NCBI GenBank assembly: GCA_003971905.1
Contig: RSEE01000054.1
Location: forward strand, 433,157-453,156
Source: Moniliella sp. 'wahieum'
Lineage: Eukaryota
DNA: 20,000 bases
Direction: 5' to 3'
A program made the position numbers and the translations under genes. Under the pieces are notes generated by a model. That model ran no database searches. It had not been told where the DNA came from and worked only from the letters and a program-made list of their open reading frames with translations. Positions 1 to 11,232 of the stretch are shown here, piece after piece; position 1 is the stretch's first letter, and the number at the start of each line of letters is the position of its first letter.

Positions 1-482
1 GGGGTAGCCGACGGGTTCGGCGTGTTGCCTGTGTGCAGCAAATGGTTTCATGTCAGAAGAGCCCTGCCACCAGGCCATGAGGAAGGCAGGACGTACAGTC
101 GCTGTTCGCGCAGACACCGATGGCCGAGGGCTCCTGGCAGCAACAGTAGGTGGCGTACCGGAGGCACTTTTGCGTGCCGGAGAGGCTTATCAGGGTCGCT
201 GGGGATGACGGACAACTCGTCGTCGGCACGCTTGATGATGCTAGCGCTGGTGGGAGAGCATGTACCTGGGTGGGGCGGACAAATACACCATGGTTTGGTG
301 GGCAATCCTGGATGTACACCTGTCCCTGCACCGATCCGTCGTTCTTTCCGTTGGGAAGGTCGAGCACAACGCCGACCCACTGCCCCGGAGCAAAACGGGG
401 CTGGCCAAGATACATAATCTTGCCCACCCCCGCTGACCTCGACGCGCTGCCCGACCCACAGCTGGGGCGCATTGGCGCTCAT
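1..482 (-). CDS. NIP100: CAP-Gly domain protein, most likely dynactin p150(Glued) subunit; 5' portion only, continues beyond window start
   Basis: ATG at 482-480 gives MSANAPQLWVGQRVEVSG. A 1-nt frameshift in a G run near 425-431 leads into VGKIMYLGQPRFAPGQWVGVVLDLPNGKNDGSVQGQVYIQDCPPNHGVFVRPTQV, a CAP-Gly domain with GKNDG at the extreme N-terminus, followed by a Ser/Pro-rich linker. This fits p150/NIP100; CLIP-170/Bik1 is not excluded. Confidence 0.72.
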
Positions 483-933
483 TGTGGAGACTGCTCTCGG
501 GTACCGAAATGGCAACAGAAACGGAATGGATAGGAACAGGGGCAGGGGCGATGGCAAGAGACAAGAAGTGGTGGTGGTGGTGATGCTGGTGGTGGTCATG
601 GCGTGAGCAAAGCAGCAAGAGATGAGTGAGACCCCGCAATAAGGACGCCCTCCCATCCCGCAGGGAGGGCGTTGGACGTTGGTACGAGGCAGACAAACCC
701 TACGTACACCCTACCCTAGCGCCCCACGCTCAGCCTGAGCGCTCACGCTCCTATCCGACCTACCCAGCCTACCCCCGTTGTTCCCCATGGCCTCATCTAT
801 CCGATCGATCATCATCAACCTCCTTGGCCATCCCGACTGGTCTCCTTCCGGCTGCACTCGCGCCTATCTCCCGAAGCCTTAGATGCCCCCAACCATCGAT
901 TCGTAGTGCAGGATACCAGCAGGACCAGGCACC

Positions 934-2223
934 TTATGCGTCCATCCTGCCCACTCAAACGTCAGTTCCCCTTTCATCCGGCGCAAAAAAACGGTCCACG
1001 TACTCATTCACACACTCCCACTCCCCCTTCAGGTTCTCCTTCCACAGCGTAATTTTGCCGTCGCCACACGACGGCCAATACGTTGCCCGATGGACCAGGA
1101 TACCTTCCAGACCGTGTCGGGGAACTTCCCTTGTCCATCGGAAGAAGGGTCCAGGGTGACTTTGGACCACTCGGACGACATTGCCTCTTGCGTCCAGATG
1201 AGCACGGTACGGTCCTGCGATGCGGTCGCCAGCTGTGTCCGGGGCAAGCCTTGACCGGGAGCAAAGGCCACATCACGCACCCAATCCGTATGTCCAGCAA
1301 GTGGGACGGCCTCCTCAACCCACCGGTTCTGCTCCTCGCTAAACTCCCACAGCTTGACCACATTGTCGCATCCGGCACTCGCAAACCTCCGCACGGGGGG
1401 CAGCGCCTGCGCCGCATCCTTGCCCACGCCAAGATGAGGGTTAACCAGGCTGCCGGGAACCACGGCCGGCGCCCCACGAGACGGCATTGGAGCCAATCGG
1501 ATGGGCAGTGACCATGTCCACTGCCCAAGTGCCATTGACTATCGGTCAAGGAAACATGTCAGTTTACTAACCTCGACATAAAATGAGAACAGGTCACGCA
1601 CAATTGAACGTCAATACCGACACGTTACCATCGGACGAGGCACAGGCCAGTACAGCGCCCAGTTCAGGCGGGGCCCAAGCCAGCGAGTTGACCGAGGCCG
1701 AATGCATGGCATGCTCCTTGATCTTTTGCCACGACCCAGTCGGTTGCTGGAGGTGTCGCCCGCCCCGTGCCGGCGCGGCAGCGGAGCCTCCTCGTACTTC
1801 CAAATCAAGACCTTGCCATCGTACGACGCGCTAGCCAAAATCGAGCCGAATTTGGGGTGGGCCCATGCGACCTGCCACACCGGCCCCTCGTGGCCGGTCA
1901 GAGACACACCTGGACCAGTCGCCGCGCCGTCCACAACATCAAAAATCTTGACACTCCGGTCTGAACTGCAAGTAGCCAATCGGCGCCCGTAAAAGTCGAG
2001 CTGGGCATCGTGTGAACAGAATCGCTCTCGTCAGTTCCGCTCCTCAACACAGAGGGGTGCAGGCCACGTACAATCATATCCTCATGGTGAGTTTCAATGG
2101 TTTGGGCTCCGAACGGGCGGGGCAACGGGAGGGGCAGCAAGAGCCTGTGAAGTAGCAAATAAGTGGTCAGAAAAGGCGGTCAGACAAGGGTTTCGAGCGG
2201 CGGGGCCAGTTGGAGCATACCAT
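934..2223 (-). CDS. SEC13: Protein transport protein Sec13 (COPII coat / nuclear pore WD40 protein), 5 exons
   Basis: Stitched translation: M / ...[11 protein letters not shown] / [24 protein letters not shown]...[32 protein letters not shown]...[33 protein letters not shown] / NGTW...[15 protein letters not shown]...[13 protein letters not shown]...[13 protein letters not shown]...[21 protein letters not shown] / EMDA-stop (TAA 936-934). Introns at about 2220-2145 (GTATGC..CAG), 2071-2013 (GTACGT, acceptor lacks G), 1601-1539 (GTGCGT..TAG) and 1003-947 (GTACGT..CAG), with CTGAC branch sites. Several frameshifts are presumed sequencing errors. Confidence 0.96.
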
Positions 2224-2401
2224 CGTTGGTGAGAAATAGCGTGGTGGTGGTAGAGGCTGAGAAGACGGCAGCGAGCACATGGACGTGGCGCCGGCGAGCT
2301 GGCCACGTTGCTCCAACGAACAGATTGACTGGCCTTGTGCGGCTGGGGTTATGTAATACAGGAAACGTTCAATTTTCCAGTGGCAGGTGCCTTCCACGTG
2401 T

Positions 2402-2536
2402 GTCATCATCGATCATGGATCATAGAGATCATCCGTTAGCCGGGTCATGCGTCACGCGTCACACTCATCATGCACCATGCGATGAGCCAGAAGGATGGCA
2501 TGATCATCGATCATGCATCATGCATCATGCGTGCAC
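2402..2536. repeat. Block of overlapping short palindromes (ATCGAT/TGATCA/ATGCAT/CATG)
   Basis: For example catcatcgatcatggatcat and gcatgatcatcgatcatgcatcatgcatcatgcgtgcac, about 180-310 bp upstream of the SEC13 ATG. Confidence 0.7.
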
Positions 2537-2929
2537 ATTTTCACCAAAATGTGAGATGCTCCTCCTTGTTCAGGATCGATGGATGTGTCGCCTCGGGGCA
2601 TACGCGAACCAACCCGATCAAATGCTAGTAGCTACGGCCAGCTACAGCCTCTTGACATCCCATCCACCATGGGTATGCTGTAGCACCACTACATCATACT
2701 CCTCCCTCTCCCTCTTCTCTACGTTTACGCATACGCGCGAATTGTTATCAACAAAAGTTCACGCATTTCAGCAAAACTGTCATTGACAGTCAAGCTAGTC
2801 ACAGGCCAGCTCAAAACTGCGCGGGTCCCAGTATGGTATATAGTGTCGGGGACAGCTGCGCCTCCCAAAGGTATCCTCTGGGGCAAGGGAGGCAGATGCA
2901 AGCGGAGGGGGGGGGGGGGAGGAATTCAC

Positions 2930-4646
2930 GTTTCTAGGCACCTTCAAGCGGCAAGTACCAAGCAAGATCACAAGGATGAACGGCCACTGCGCTCGTGCTC
3001 GTATGCACTGACAAAGGTCTCGATGCCCGTGAAAAATTGGCGAAATTGGCGAAAGTTATCATCCTCGCACATATAATCCGATACTCGTCCATGATCTCCT
3101 CACCACGGCGAAGCAAGTTAAGCAGTAGTTGTACGAGTCGGAGTTGGGGGTAATCTCCGACTGAACTGGGACTAAACGAGTAGTTCCCCTAGGGTCGACG
3201 CACCGACGAGCGCCGCTTCCCACGCTGAGCAGGTTGAGTCTCCCCAACATTCGACATCTGAGCGCGCTTCCTACCCGCTACAACACACACAAACCAAGTT
3301 CCGTGGCAGACCAGGAGAGGCTGCAGGTCTCTCTGACCTCCGACGGATGCTCCCAGGTGCAGAAGAGCGTGGCAAGACGGAGCGGGTGCCGCAGCGGGAC
3401 ACAACAGCTTCGTCCTCGCCATCGTGCTCCAACAAAGCCTCCACCATGCCTTCGTCTGTGGCATCCCCCCGGCTCGGCCCCCATATCCATCGTCATGCCC
3501 GCTTCCGCATCAGTCTCATCTCCCGCATCCTCTTCTTCATCCCCCTCCTCGGTCGTCCCCATTTGCGCTCCAGTGGTACATGCTTCGTCCCCCTTCGCAT
3601 TGAGGGCAAATCATCCCGTGGAAGAGGGTAGTTGACGAGACTTGGTACGTGGGAGGAAGGGTGCCAGAGGGAATGCTCCACCTCAAGTCGATCACATGCT
3701 CGTCGTAGCGTAGGCGAAGATTGATATTGGAATGGCAAGCGAAACGTTGCGAATCGGACAATTCGGTGACCTGTTTGGGTCGATACGTGCTCACCGCATC
3801 CCACCGCTCGTCTTGCGCACAAAGACATTTGGCTGCCCACGTATCGCCCACACGCCATGTATTGCGCATATGGAAGCGGTAGCCGATCAGGCGATGAATT
3901 TCGTTCATCAGCGCCTTGACCGCGCGCGTGCGCCGGCTGGTATTGACTGTATCATCCGTCATGGCAGTTTCGAGGGGCGGAAAGGCGCTCATGGGGAGGC
4001 GGCGCGGTACACCAAGGGGGTTCCCGCCTTACGACTGGTGTCCACTGCCCTACAAACGCGCCCCAGCTGGATAACGACGTGGCGGCGCGATGTTTCCGGC
4101 AGGTGCGCAGCAAGCGGCCATTTTTGAAAAAGTGGACCTTGGGCAACGTTTCGTGGCATCTGGGACACCGGATAAATGCGGGGGCGATCTTGGGATCCAT
4201 CCACGTTTTTACGCTGGCGGACCGGAGGTCGACTCGATGGTAGTCGGGTTGGTGGAAGCATCCTGCTGTGACCCTCCCGGGTTCCTGGCCTTGGCTGTCC
4301 TGCTCATCGTCATGGTCATTATCATCATCATGGATCTGACCATGGTTGAGGTCTTGGCCATGGCCATGATTGCCTTCATCGTGTTCATATCCCCCAGCAA
4401 TCCGTTTGCGACTTCACTCGTCCCACCTAGATCCGGCTGCACGTTGCCAGCCTGGCTCGGGGCAGGAGACGGGTAAAGCGGCCGGCGAAAAGATCCTGCA
4501 TGGGCACAAAGGTTGACATGGTTGGAGAGATGGCCGCTTCCTAGCGCATTCAACCCAGGTCCAAACCGTGGGATGAGGAGTAGCTAGCAAACCGGAACGG
4601 TGTCTGTAGGTTGCTCCCTCCGCCGCTTGTTCTCGCGCCGATGCAT
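2930..4646 (-). CDS. Hypothetical protein with CxxC..CxxH zinc finger and a WRKY/GCM1/FAR1-like (Mutator-type) DNA-binding domain; frameshifted, ends approximate
   Basis: Fragments across frames: a His/Asp-rich tract (HDEGNHGHGQDLNHGQIHDDDNDHDDEQ), IRCPRCHETLPKVHFFKNGRLLRTCRKHR, LMNEIHRLIGYRFHMRN...KCLCAQDE...QRFACHSNINLRLRYDEHVIDL then EVEHSLWHP, an acidic tract (EEGDEEEDAGDETDAE), and a helical C-terminus (LRRGEEIMDEYR, FRQFRQFFTGIETFVSAYEHE). Candidate ATG at 4646-4644. Confidence 0.55.
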
Positions 4647-4669
4647 GAAATTGGCCGAAAACCGTGATT

Positions 4670-4820
4670 ACGTTTGAAACGTTTGAAACGGTTGGGGAAA
4701 ATACGACCCCCTGATTCGGAACATCATTAATCAGCGGTTCGATCGCTTACCTACGCAAATGTTGGGATTCGAACACTGGCATCATGCATGATGCATGCAT
4801 CATCGATCATCGATCATCTC
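4670..4820. repeat. Palindrome-rich blocks (ACGT-cored, then ATGCAT/ATCGAT-cored)
   Basis: acgtttgaaacgtttgaaacggtt at about 4670-4693 and gcatcatgcatgatgcatgcatcatcgatcatcgatcatc at about 4779-4818, directly upstream of the minus-strand zinc-finger gene. Confidence 0.7.
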
Positions 4821-4868
4821 TCTATTGTGCTGAGAGTGGCCAGGTTCGGGAGTGCGCGGCGAGTCCTG

Positions 4869-5740
4869 GATGGGTTTTCTGTGGATTTCCGTATCCCCCC
4901 CAGTCCATTTTGATGAGGGGTTAATTTGAGTATCCCCTCCGAACTGGTTTCTGGGAATACCTGTTACTACATTCCAGTGTCGACTGTTGCGACGCGCGCC
5001 ACTGGTGTAGTATGGCCTAGGGACCCAAGCCCGGTTTGCCTCTCGGGCACATTTCGTTCAGAAAGGATAATCGGAACCGTGTATTCGGATCTGTATACTA
5101 TAGCGCACACTACTATAATTAAACCCTCAACGCTTATTCCGTTGTCTCGAGATGGACGTCGGAGGATGGGAAACGTGGATGGGTTCTCTATAAAAGATAA
5201 GTGATGAGACCTGGTCCTGATGGTCCTCGAGGGTGATGCAATCGCACTGGTGGTGGTGGTGGTCTAAGCCAGCCAGCAACGCCTAATACAGAGGAACATC
5301 AAACATCGAGTCGCTATTATAGGGAAGAACGGAGAGAGAAAACAACGGAACTCCCAGACCTGCGGAGGAACTGAAGAAGGGACATTGGCCAAAGCACGCC
5401 GCCCGACGGCTCAACGACAACTGTTACGGACCAGAGGTGGATATATAGCAGGAGTAAGAAAGAGATGGCTCAAGGGCTGAGAGGTCGTTAAACTCAACAG
5501 AGCTGTAAGAGGCAATTAGGAAGCCTCTTTTTTCCATCGTTCGAAGTACTCTCGAATGTGGGAGAACTCGCAGCTGATGTGGCCGGTTCAATCAAAGGAT
5601 GATAGCGAGCGATAAAATTTGGTGTACCACGAGCGCCGATGCATCTCTCGGTTGCCCAACGTTTTTCAAAGCTCATCTTGAGCCAGAAAGGGCACTAGTA
5701 TAATACGCGACTACGTGGTCTTCCATGGATATTGGGTCCA
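4869..5740 (+). pseudogene. Degenerate coding remnant of unknown family (copy B)
   Basis: Lower-GC stretch whose interrupted translation contains GNTCYYIP, DGKRGWVLY, CYGPEV, EAIRKPLF, FGVPRA and RDYVVF, in the same order as similar motifs in 18391-19810(-). Multiple in-frame stops and frameshifts. Confidence 0.4.
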
Positions 5741-6222
5741 TTAATCGGCATATGCTGCTGTAGTAGTGATAGAAGTAAAGCGTTAACTTTTGTCCGTGGC
5801 AACTTTTGGAGAACTGAGTAACTCTGTCATGTGCGATGTCAAAACCAATCATGTCTTGCCTTGGCGCGTGGACAGTCGCGATTATTCATTCATCCGTCAC
5901 ATCAGCCACCCTCTTGTTGTGCAAAGGTCGTCAATCTACTGACGAATCTCTATATAGCTCTTGGTGGTAGATCATATCTTGTGTAGAAGTATTCGTTGGA
6001 AATCCTGTGTACAACCAGAGAGGGACAGAGAACTGAATCATTGCTATAATCCCACACTATCGAGTGGGTAGCCAAGCGAGCGGGAAAGGGTGGTGGGTGA
6101 TGGAGTGCGGTGGCTTTTTGTGCGATCGTGTTTGCTATGCGTACATAGGAGAGCCAAAAAGCGCGCATGGCCGAAGCGCATTTAAGCTTAATCGCGATCA
6201 CCTCGGGTGGGTGGGTGCCTCG

Positions 6223-6241
6223 CTTGAAGCTTGAAGCTTGA
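6223..6241. promoter_or_regulatory. Candidate regulatory motif CTTGAAGCTTGAAGCTTGA
   Basis: Identical 19-mer also at 11246-11264; lies about 160 bp upstream of the P450 ATG. Function is inferred only. Confidence 0.35.
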
Positions 6242-6398
6242 CAAGCCCCCATCTCATTGTTTGGCGTCTCGTATATAGCCCTCTTTCGCCACAACCACCC
6301 CCACTCCTTCTTTTGTCTCCCGCGCCCACCCTCAACACCACCTCGCATCTATCCCAGCCCCCCCCGAGTGCCGTGCCAACCCCCACACCGCACCCAGC

Positions 6399-8400
6399 AT
6401 GGACAGCATCCCACCTCACTGGGCTGCTCTTCCGCCTTCCCTTAGCTCCCCCGTGCTGGCTGCAGTGGCCGTCGGAGGCGTCTTGACACTCCTGCTGCTC
6501 CTGTGGTACCCTGACCGTCCCATTGGCGCCCACGCCAGGCCAACATTGGTGTCGTTCCCGGCGGATACCCTATCCTGGGCCATGTCGGCATGCTCTGGGA
6601 CTCGATCCGGCTCAAGACAAGGGACCGGTTCCTTGATGACATCTGCGATGCCCAGCGCGCCTTTGGTCCCGGGTTGCGCCCCTATGCTTTCCATCACCTT
6701 GCCATGGGCGGGACGACCATTGTCATCAACCGCCCCGAGTATGTCATGCACTGCCAAGATAACAAGTATGGCAACTTTCCCAACTACATTAAGGCGCGAG
6801 CATTCAGCGTGCCATGTCCGATTTTCTTTCGCCGAAGGGATCTTTGTTGCAGATGGCCAACCTTGGCGAACCCACGCAAGATCGCAGCCAACATCGTATG
6901 TCGCATCTCCTCCCCCCTTGTTGCGTGTGTTGGACTCGTGGAGCAGCTCTGTAGGGATCGTCGATCATCGATCAAGGCGCATGTGGGGTAGTATTAACAG
7001 GTTTCTTCCTGTTGACGCACAGTTCTCGGCTTCGAATTTCCGCACCCACTTTCAAGAAAGCATTCATGCCCACCTGAAGAAAATGGAAGCGCTTATGTCC
7101 ATCTGCGCCAAGGAGCGCATCGCCATCAACTTTCAGGACCTGATGTTCCGTTTTACCATGGACACATTTATGGACATTGCGTTTGGTTCTTCATTTGGGT
7201 CTCTTCCGTACGTCTGTGCTGTCACTCCGAGCGGCAGAAAGGATCAACAAACTAATCTTTACAAGCGAATGTGCCTCTGATTGTTTGACAGAAACCACCC
7301 CCGATGGCCTCAACCATACTAAGCCGTTTGTATCGCTTTCGATCATTTCAAGAGTGGCAAGGACGAGGGCGCAAACGCCGGCTATTCTTCTCAAACTTCA
7401 GCGGTATACTCCAGAAGGACGAAAGACGTCGGCCGCAGTCGCCACCGTCCTTTCTATGGCCAACAAGCTCATCATGGAACGGATCGACGCGCTGGCCAGG
7501 CGGGCGAGGATTCTGTTGGCAAGGATGCGTCAACTAAGGGAGTCAGACAAGCATGGCAGGACTTGCTCCAGCTTTTCCTGACCTTGACTTGAACCCTGAG
7601 ACGTTGAGCCAAGTGCTTCTCAACTATATCATTGCCGGTCGTGACTCGACGGCCCAGACCGTGGCGTGGTTGATGCTCGAACTGAAAGATCGGCCCGATG
7701 TGGTCCAGCAGTTCGTGACGAAATGGAGGCCGTGTTAGGCGATGGTGGTCCCGAGCAGCGTCTGGTTCATATGACGATATCAAAAACCTACCCTACATGA
7801 GCTGTAGTGTACGAGTCATCCGGTTGCATCCCACCGTACCCCCAAAGTCGTGGTGCGTAGAAGACGACGTGATGCGTCCCACCATCTTCCTGACGGAGCG
7901 TACAACCAGCTCCACCCCAACGGGCAAAAGTACGGCGGTACTGGTGCCGCGCGCGGACGCTGAGCCGCTTCCCGACATCTATGTGCTCAGGGCACGACGG
8001 TGATGGAGTGATTACGCCATGGCCGGAGTCCGGAGATTTGGGGCCCGATGCGGCCGAGTACCGCCCCTCACGTTTCTCAAGAGCGATGGCACGGCCAAGT
8101 CGTATTCGGCATACGTGTTTCATGCGTTCAACGCGGGGCCGCGGTTGTGTTTGGGCCAGACGTTGGCCACATTTGAAGCGATTGCCCTGTTGGCTATGAT
8201 TTTGAGCCGCTTTGATATGCACTATGACGAGGTGGCGTTGAAGAAGCCCCGCCACGTATCGCATTTCCATTACGCTACCTATCAAAAACCCTGCCTACAC
8301 TGTCCACCCTAAGCCCACGGTCCAACTCGGTCGTTCTCTCTCCCGTCGCGAGCGACTCCACAATTGCCCATTTCCCCTGGGCACTAGATACACTGCGAAG
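6399..8400 (+). CDS. Cytochrome P450 monooxygenase, CYP86/CYP94/CYP704-like (fatty-acid hydroxylase-type); frameshifted, 3' end approximate
   Basis: N-terminal membrane anchor (VLAAVAVGGVLTLLLLLWYPDRPIG), EGIFVADGQPW, INFQDLMFRFTMDTFMDIAFG, I-helix LLNYIIAGRDSTAQ (about 7615-7657), K-helix ..VIRLHPTVP, meander WGPDAAEYRPSRF, heme motif FNAGPRLCLG (8127-8156) and terminal YRISITLPIKNP. Introns at 6896-7022 (GTATGT..CAG) and 7208-7291 (GTACGT..CAG). Confidence 0.93.
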
Positions 8401-9009
8401 AGACGTGATCAATTTGGGCCAGTTTCTGGTCAATTTTCCTCATATGATTCTCTTGTATCACTTCCAACCTGACCAAGAAAGTGCTTCACACCAAGTTTAG
8501 CAGTGCATAATACGCTACCCTTCGCATAATACTCGCCTGTACCTCTCCTTAGAAAACCACAACTTCCCTTCTCCTCCTCCCTCAAAAATATGGTTGTTTA
8601 AATGCTCTGGTTGGGTTGGGTTGAATGATAAGGTGGGCAAGCACAGAGAGGAAGGACTGAAACGAGAAAAGGCAGCTTTGAGATTCAGAACGGTGGTCTA
8701 GAGATGAAAGTGTGCCAAACAGGTAAAACGAATTGAGGATATTGAGGGGGCGTCCCACCATGCAATGGACGAAGGGAGAAAGGGTGCCGGAGTGCACCTA
8801 CGTGGAGCGGGTCCAAATGTATTCCGATTGAGAGGGAGCCAAGCACAGCGACCGAATCCGCCGGGGGCGGACGGCAAGTAAATGAGTTTTATGAGAGGGA
8901 TTGGGCGTCAAGAACATCACAGTCGTGGGAAAAGCGTGCGGGTCGTGAAGAAAGGAAAGAGAGAGGAGCGAAGGGAGTCAACGCTCCCCAGCCAAAGTCC
9001 AGCCGGCAG

Positions 9010-10598
9010 TTAGATCATACTGTCGGGGTGCGGGGGGGGCACGGGAGCGGGCGGAACGGTGCTGGAGAGCGTTTGCAGCATGCCACCCACCTCGACCAGC
9101 TCTTCCGTCGAGGCGACGGACCAAACCTAGGGCTGGGCGCCGGGGAGCGGCCCAAGCCCACGCTCAGCCAGCCGATGTGCGGTTTGGTCGCGGTAGGCGA
9201 GTTCCTTGCGCAGCAGCGCGGCGCCTTGCCGGCCCGGACCGAGACAGACGAACCGTTCCACCCCTGCAGCCAGCGGCTCTCGATCGAGGGAGAGCCAATG
9301 GACCGGCCGAGCCAACGCGTTTTGCAAGTCGAGGCGAACGTCGCGTTGCGTGTCGAGCCATTCGCTGCTAAGGGCTGAGGATGCGGGGGCGCGCTGCGCG
9401 GGCCGAGGGGTAAGTTGGACACGGCCGAGCGAACGGTTTGGGCTGCGCCCTTCTTTGGTGGTATGGTACGGTCCCGAGGTGGGCAGCGTGGCCGCTTCGG
9501 TTGCCCATCCTCGTTGACCCAGCGCTGCGTGACGTACTGCACAGCCCTCTCTGTACCAGCCAGCACAACCTCGAGCGAAGAATTGATGCTGGCCACTTGG
9601 GCGTATTCGTCCGGTGCGATCCCGTGCACGAGACCATCGCGAATATCGGCCGCGGCCAACTCGACCTCCATCTGCGCCGAAAACAGATCGCCCGGCTTGA
9701 GTGCCACGCTGCACATGAGCGAGCGACGGTATCCGGCCTCGGCGTTGCTCACTGGGCCCGCGTTGAACCCCCACGTATCATACACACTCTGTGGAAGCGC
9801 CGTGCCAGGGGGATGAAAAACGGGGTGGGCACGTAGATGCAAGCTGGACGCCAGGCCATAGTGCCGCAACAGCCGAACGCCATCGGTAAACTCCAACGCG
9901 CCCGACGCAACGAGGGAGGGGAGGCTGCCCACCAAGCCGTGACCAAGCACCGCATCAACATGATCCCGAACCAAGTCGACTGCAAACTCGGAGCGCAACA
10001 CTTGTAGGAACGACATGGTCGCCGTAAAGATTGCAGGCCATGCGTTCTCGGCGCGGGTCAGGTTGAGCTGGTCGCCTTGAAAGACCATTTTGCGGAGCCA
10101 ATCCGGTTTCGCAGCACCAGCATCCTGTTGACGCATAGGATCGGCGGGGGCGGTAGTGGCCAGGGCAGACTCAAATGCGGCACGCTGGGCTGAGGAGCGA
10201 GCATGCTCGGGCAGGTCGCCGGTCGGTCGTTGGGATCAAACGAGCGCTGGAGCGCTTCCTCTGCATCGAGCCACACTTGTTCGGCCGCAGAAAACGTGCG
10301 AGCGAGGTTGTGGGCCATACCAACGTACTGCGATCCTTGTCCGGCAAACACAAGTGCCGTCCGCTTACGACGGATCGACGGATCGGTCCCAGTCACCGCA
10401 GAGACTGGGCGCAGACGAGGACGAAAGGAAGAGGTCTGTGCAAACGGCTGCCCCCCGCGAGGGACGACATGGACCGCGGCGCAGAGAGCAGGGAGGGCGG
10501 TGCAACGGCCGCCTGCAAGCCATGCTCCCTTCGGCCACAAGGGAAGCAATGAGCGGGTTGTGAACACGGAAGGCGCAGGCAAGGCGGGGGGCAAACAT
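9010..10598 (-). CDS. Malonyl-CoA:ACP transacylase (FabD/MCT1-like) homologue, probably mitochondrial, with a degenerate active site
   Basis: ATG at 10598, Arg/Ala/Leu-rich leader, then TALVFAGQGSQYVGM, LTRAENAWPAIF, LGHGLVGSLPSLVASGALEFTDGVRLLRHYG, VASINSSLEVVLAGT, LPTSGPYHT, LARPVHW and FVCLGPG. These align with the FabD motifs FPGQGSQ, TQPA, GHSLGE, AN.NS..Q.V.SG, VS.PFH, L..PV.W and E.GPG. Frameshifts near 10590, 10140 and 9500, plus an in-frame TAG at 9127-9129. Confidence 0.88.
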
Positions 10599-11232
10599 GA
10601 GTAGGGCTAGGGGGGGTAATTGGCGCGATGGGAGGCTCTCGCAGTTACGGTAGATGAGTACTCAGTGCGGAACGCTAGTCGTGAGCAGAGAGAGGTGTGG
10701 ATGAGAGGCGAGATGGTGGGGTAAGGAATGCAGGGGCAGTAAATCGGCAGCGGCGCACCAAAGCCAGGGATGGCGGGCTGAACTGCTGTGTTGACTGTAC
10801 TATTATTATAGTGGGTTGGGCGCAGTCGGTGGGCGCAAGCGGCCAGTTGATCGTGGCTTCAAGAGCAAGAGTCGATGAGCGGGCAACGTTTGGCGAACAA
10901 TTCTGAGGATCTTGGCCTCAATCGTCCAACCTCGCTCTTGGAGAGTATATAGACTTCCGTCGGCTCCGACCATTCAGACCATTCACTAGCGACTAGTGAG
11001 AGCGCCTGGCTAAAACGTTGGTGCGCAGCGCCTGTTCATTTATGCGCACATTGTTCGCGCTCTTAGCTCCGCACATCTCAGTATTGCGACTGCGCCCTCC
11101 ACCCCCCTGGCGACCTGTGTGAGCGGCACTGTGTGGGTTTCCGTGGACCACGAGCGTTGGCGCGGCGCACCGAGTGGCCGTGCGGGGAGCAATAATACAA
11201 GGCACCGCGCTAGTTGTCGGAACTTTGGCTGC

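Noticed and set aside
2010..2020. Non-canonical acceptor in SEC13 intron 2 (..TTCA/CAC, no AG)
   Set aside because: A single missing G restores CAG, consistent with the local deletion error rate.
934..2223. SEC13 (and other genes) as pseudogenes or programmed-frameshift genes
   Set aside because: Motifs and splice signals are conserved and the indels fall mostly in homopolymers, so sequencing error is far more likely.
2402..4820. ATGCAT/ATCGAT blocks at 2500 and 4800 as terminal inverted repeats of a transposon carrying the zinc-finger gene
   Set aside because: The similarity is limited to self-complementary low-complexity words that also occur elsewhere; no unique TIR or TSD was found.
4700..4850. 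tRNA gene around GTTCGAATCCC
   Set aside because: The T-stem does not pair and no acceptor or D arm can be folded.
5422..5460. LTR start (TGTTACG...)
   Set aside because: No second LTR, primer-binding site or polypurine tract was seen; the sequence is better explained as the YGPE coding motif.
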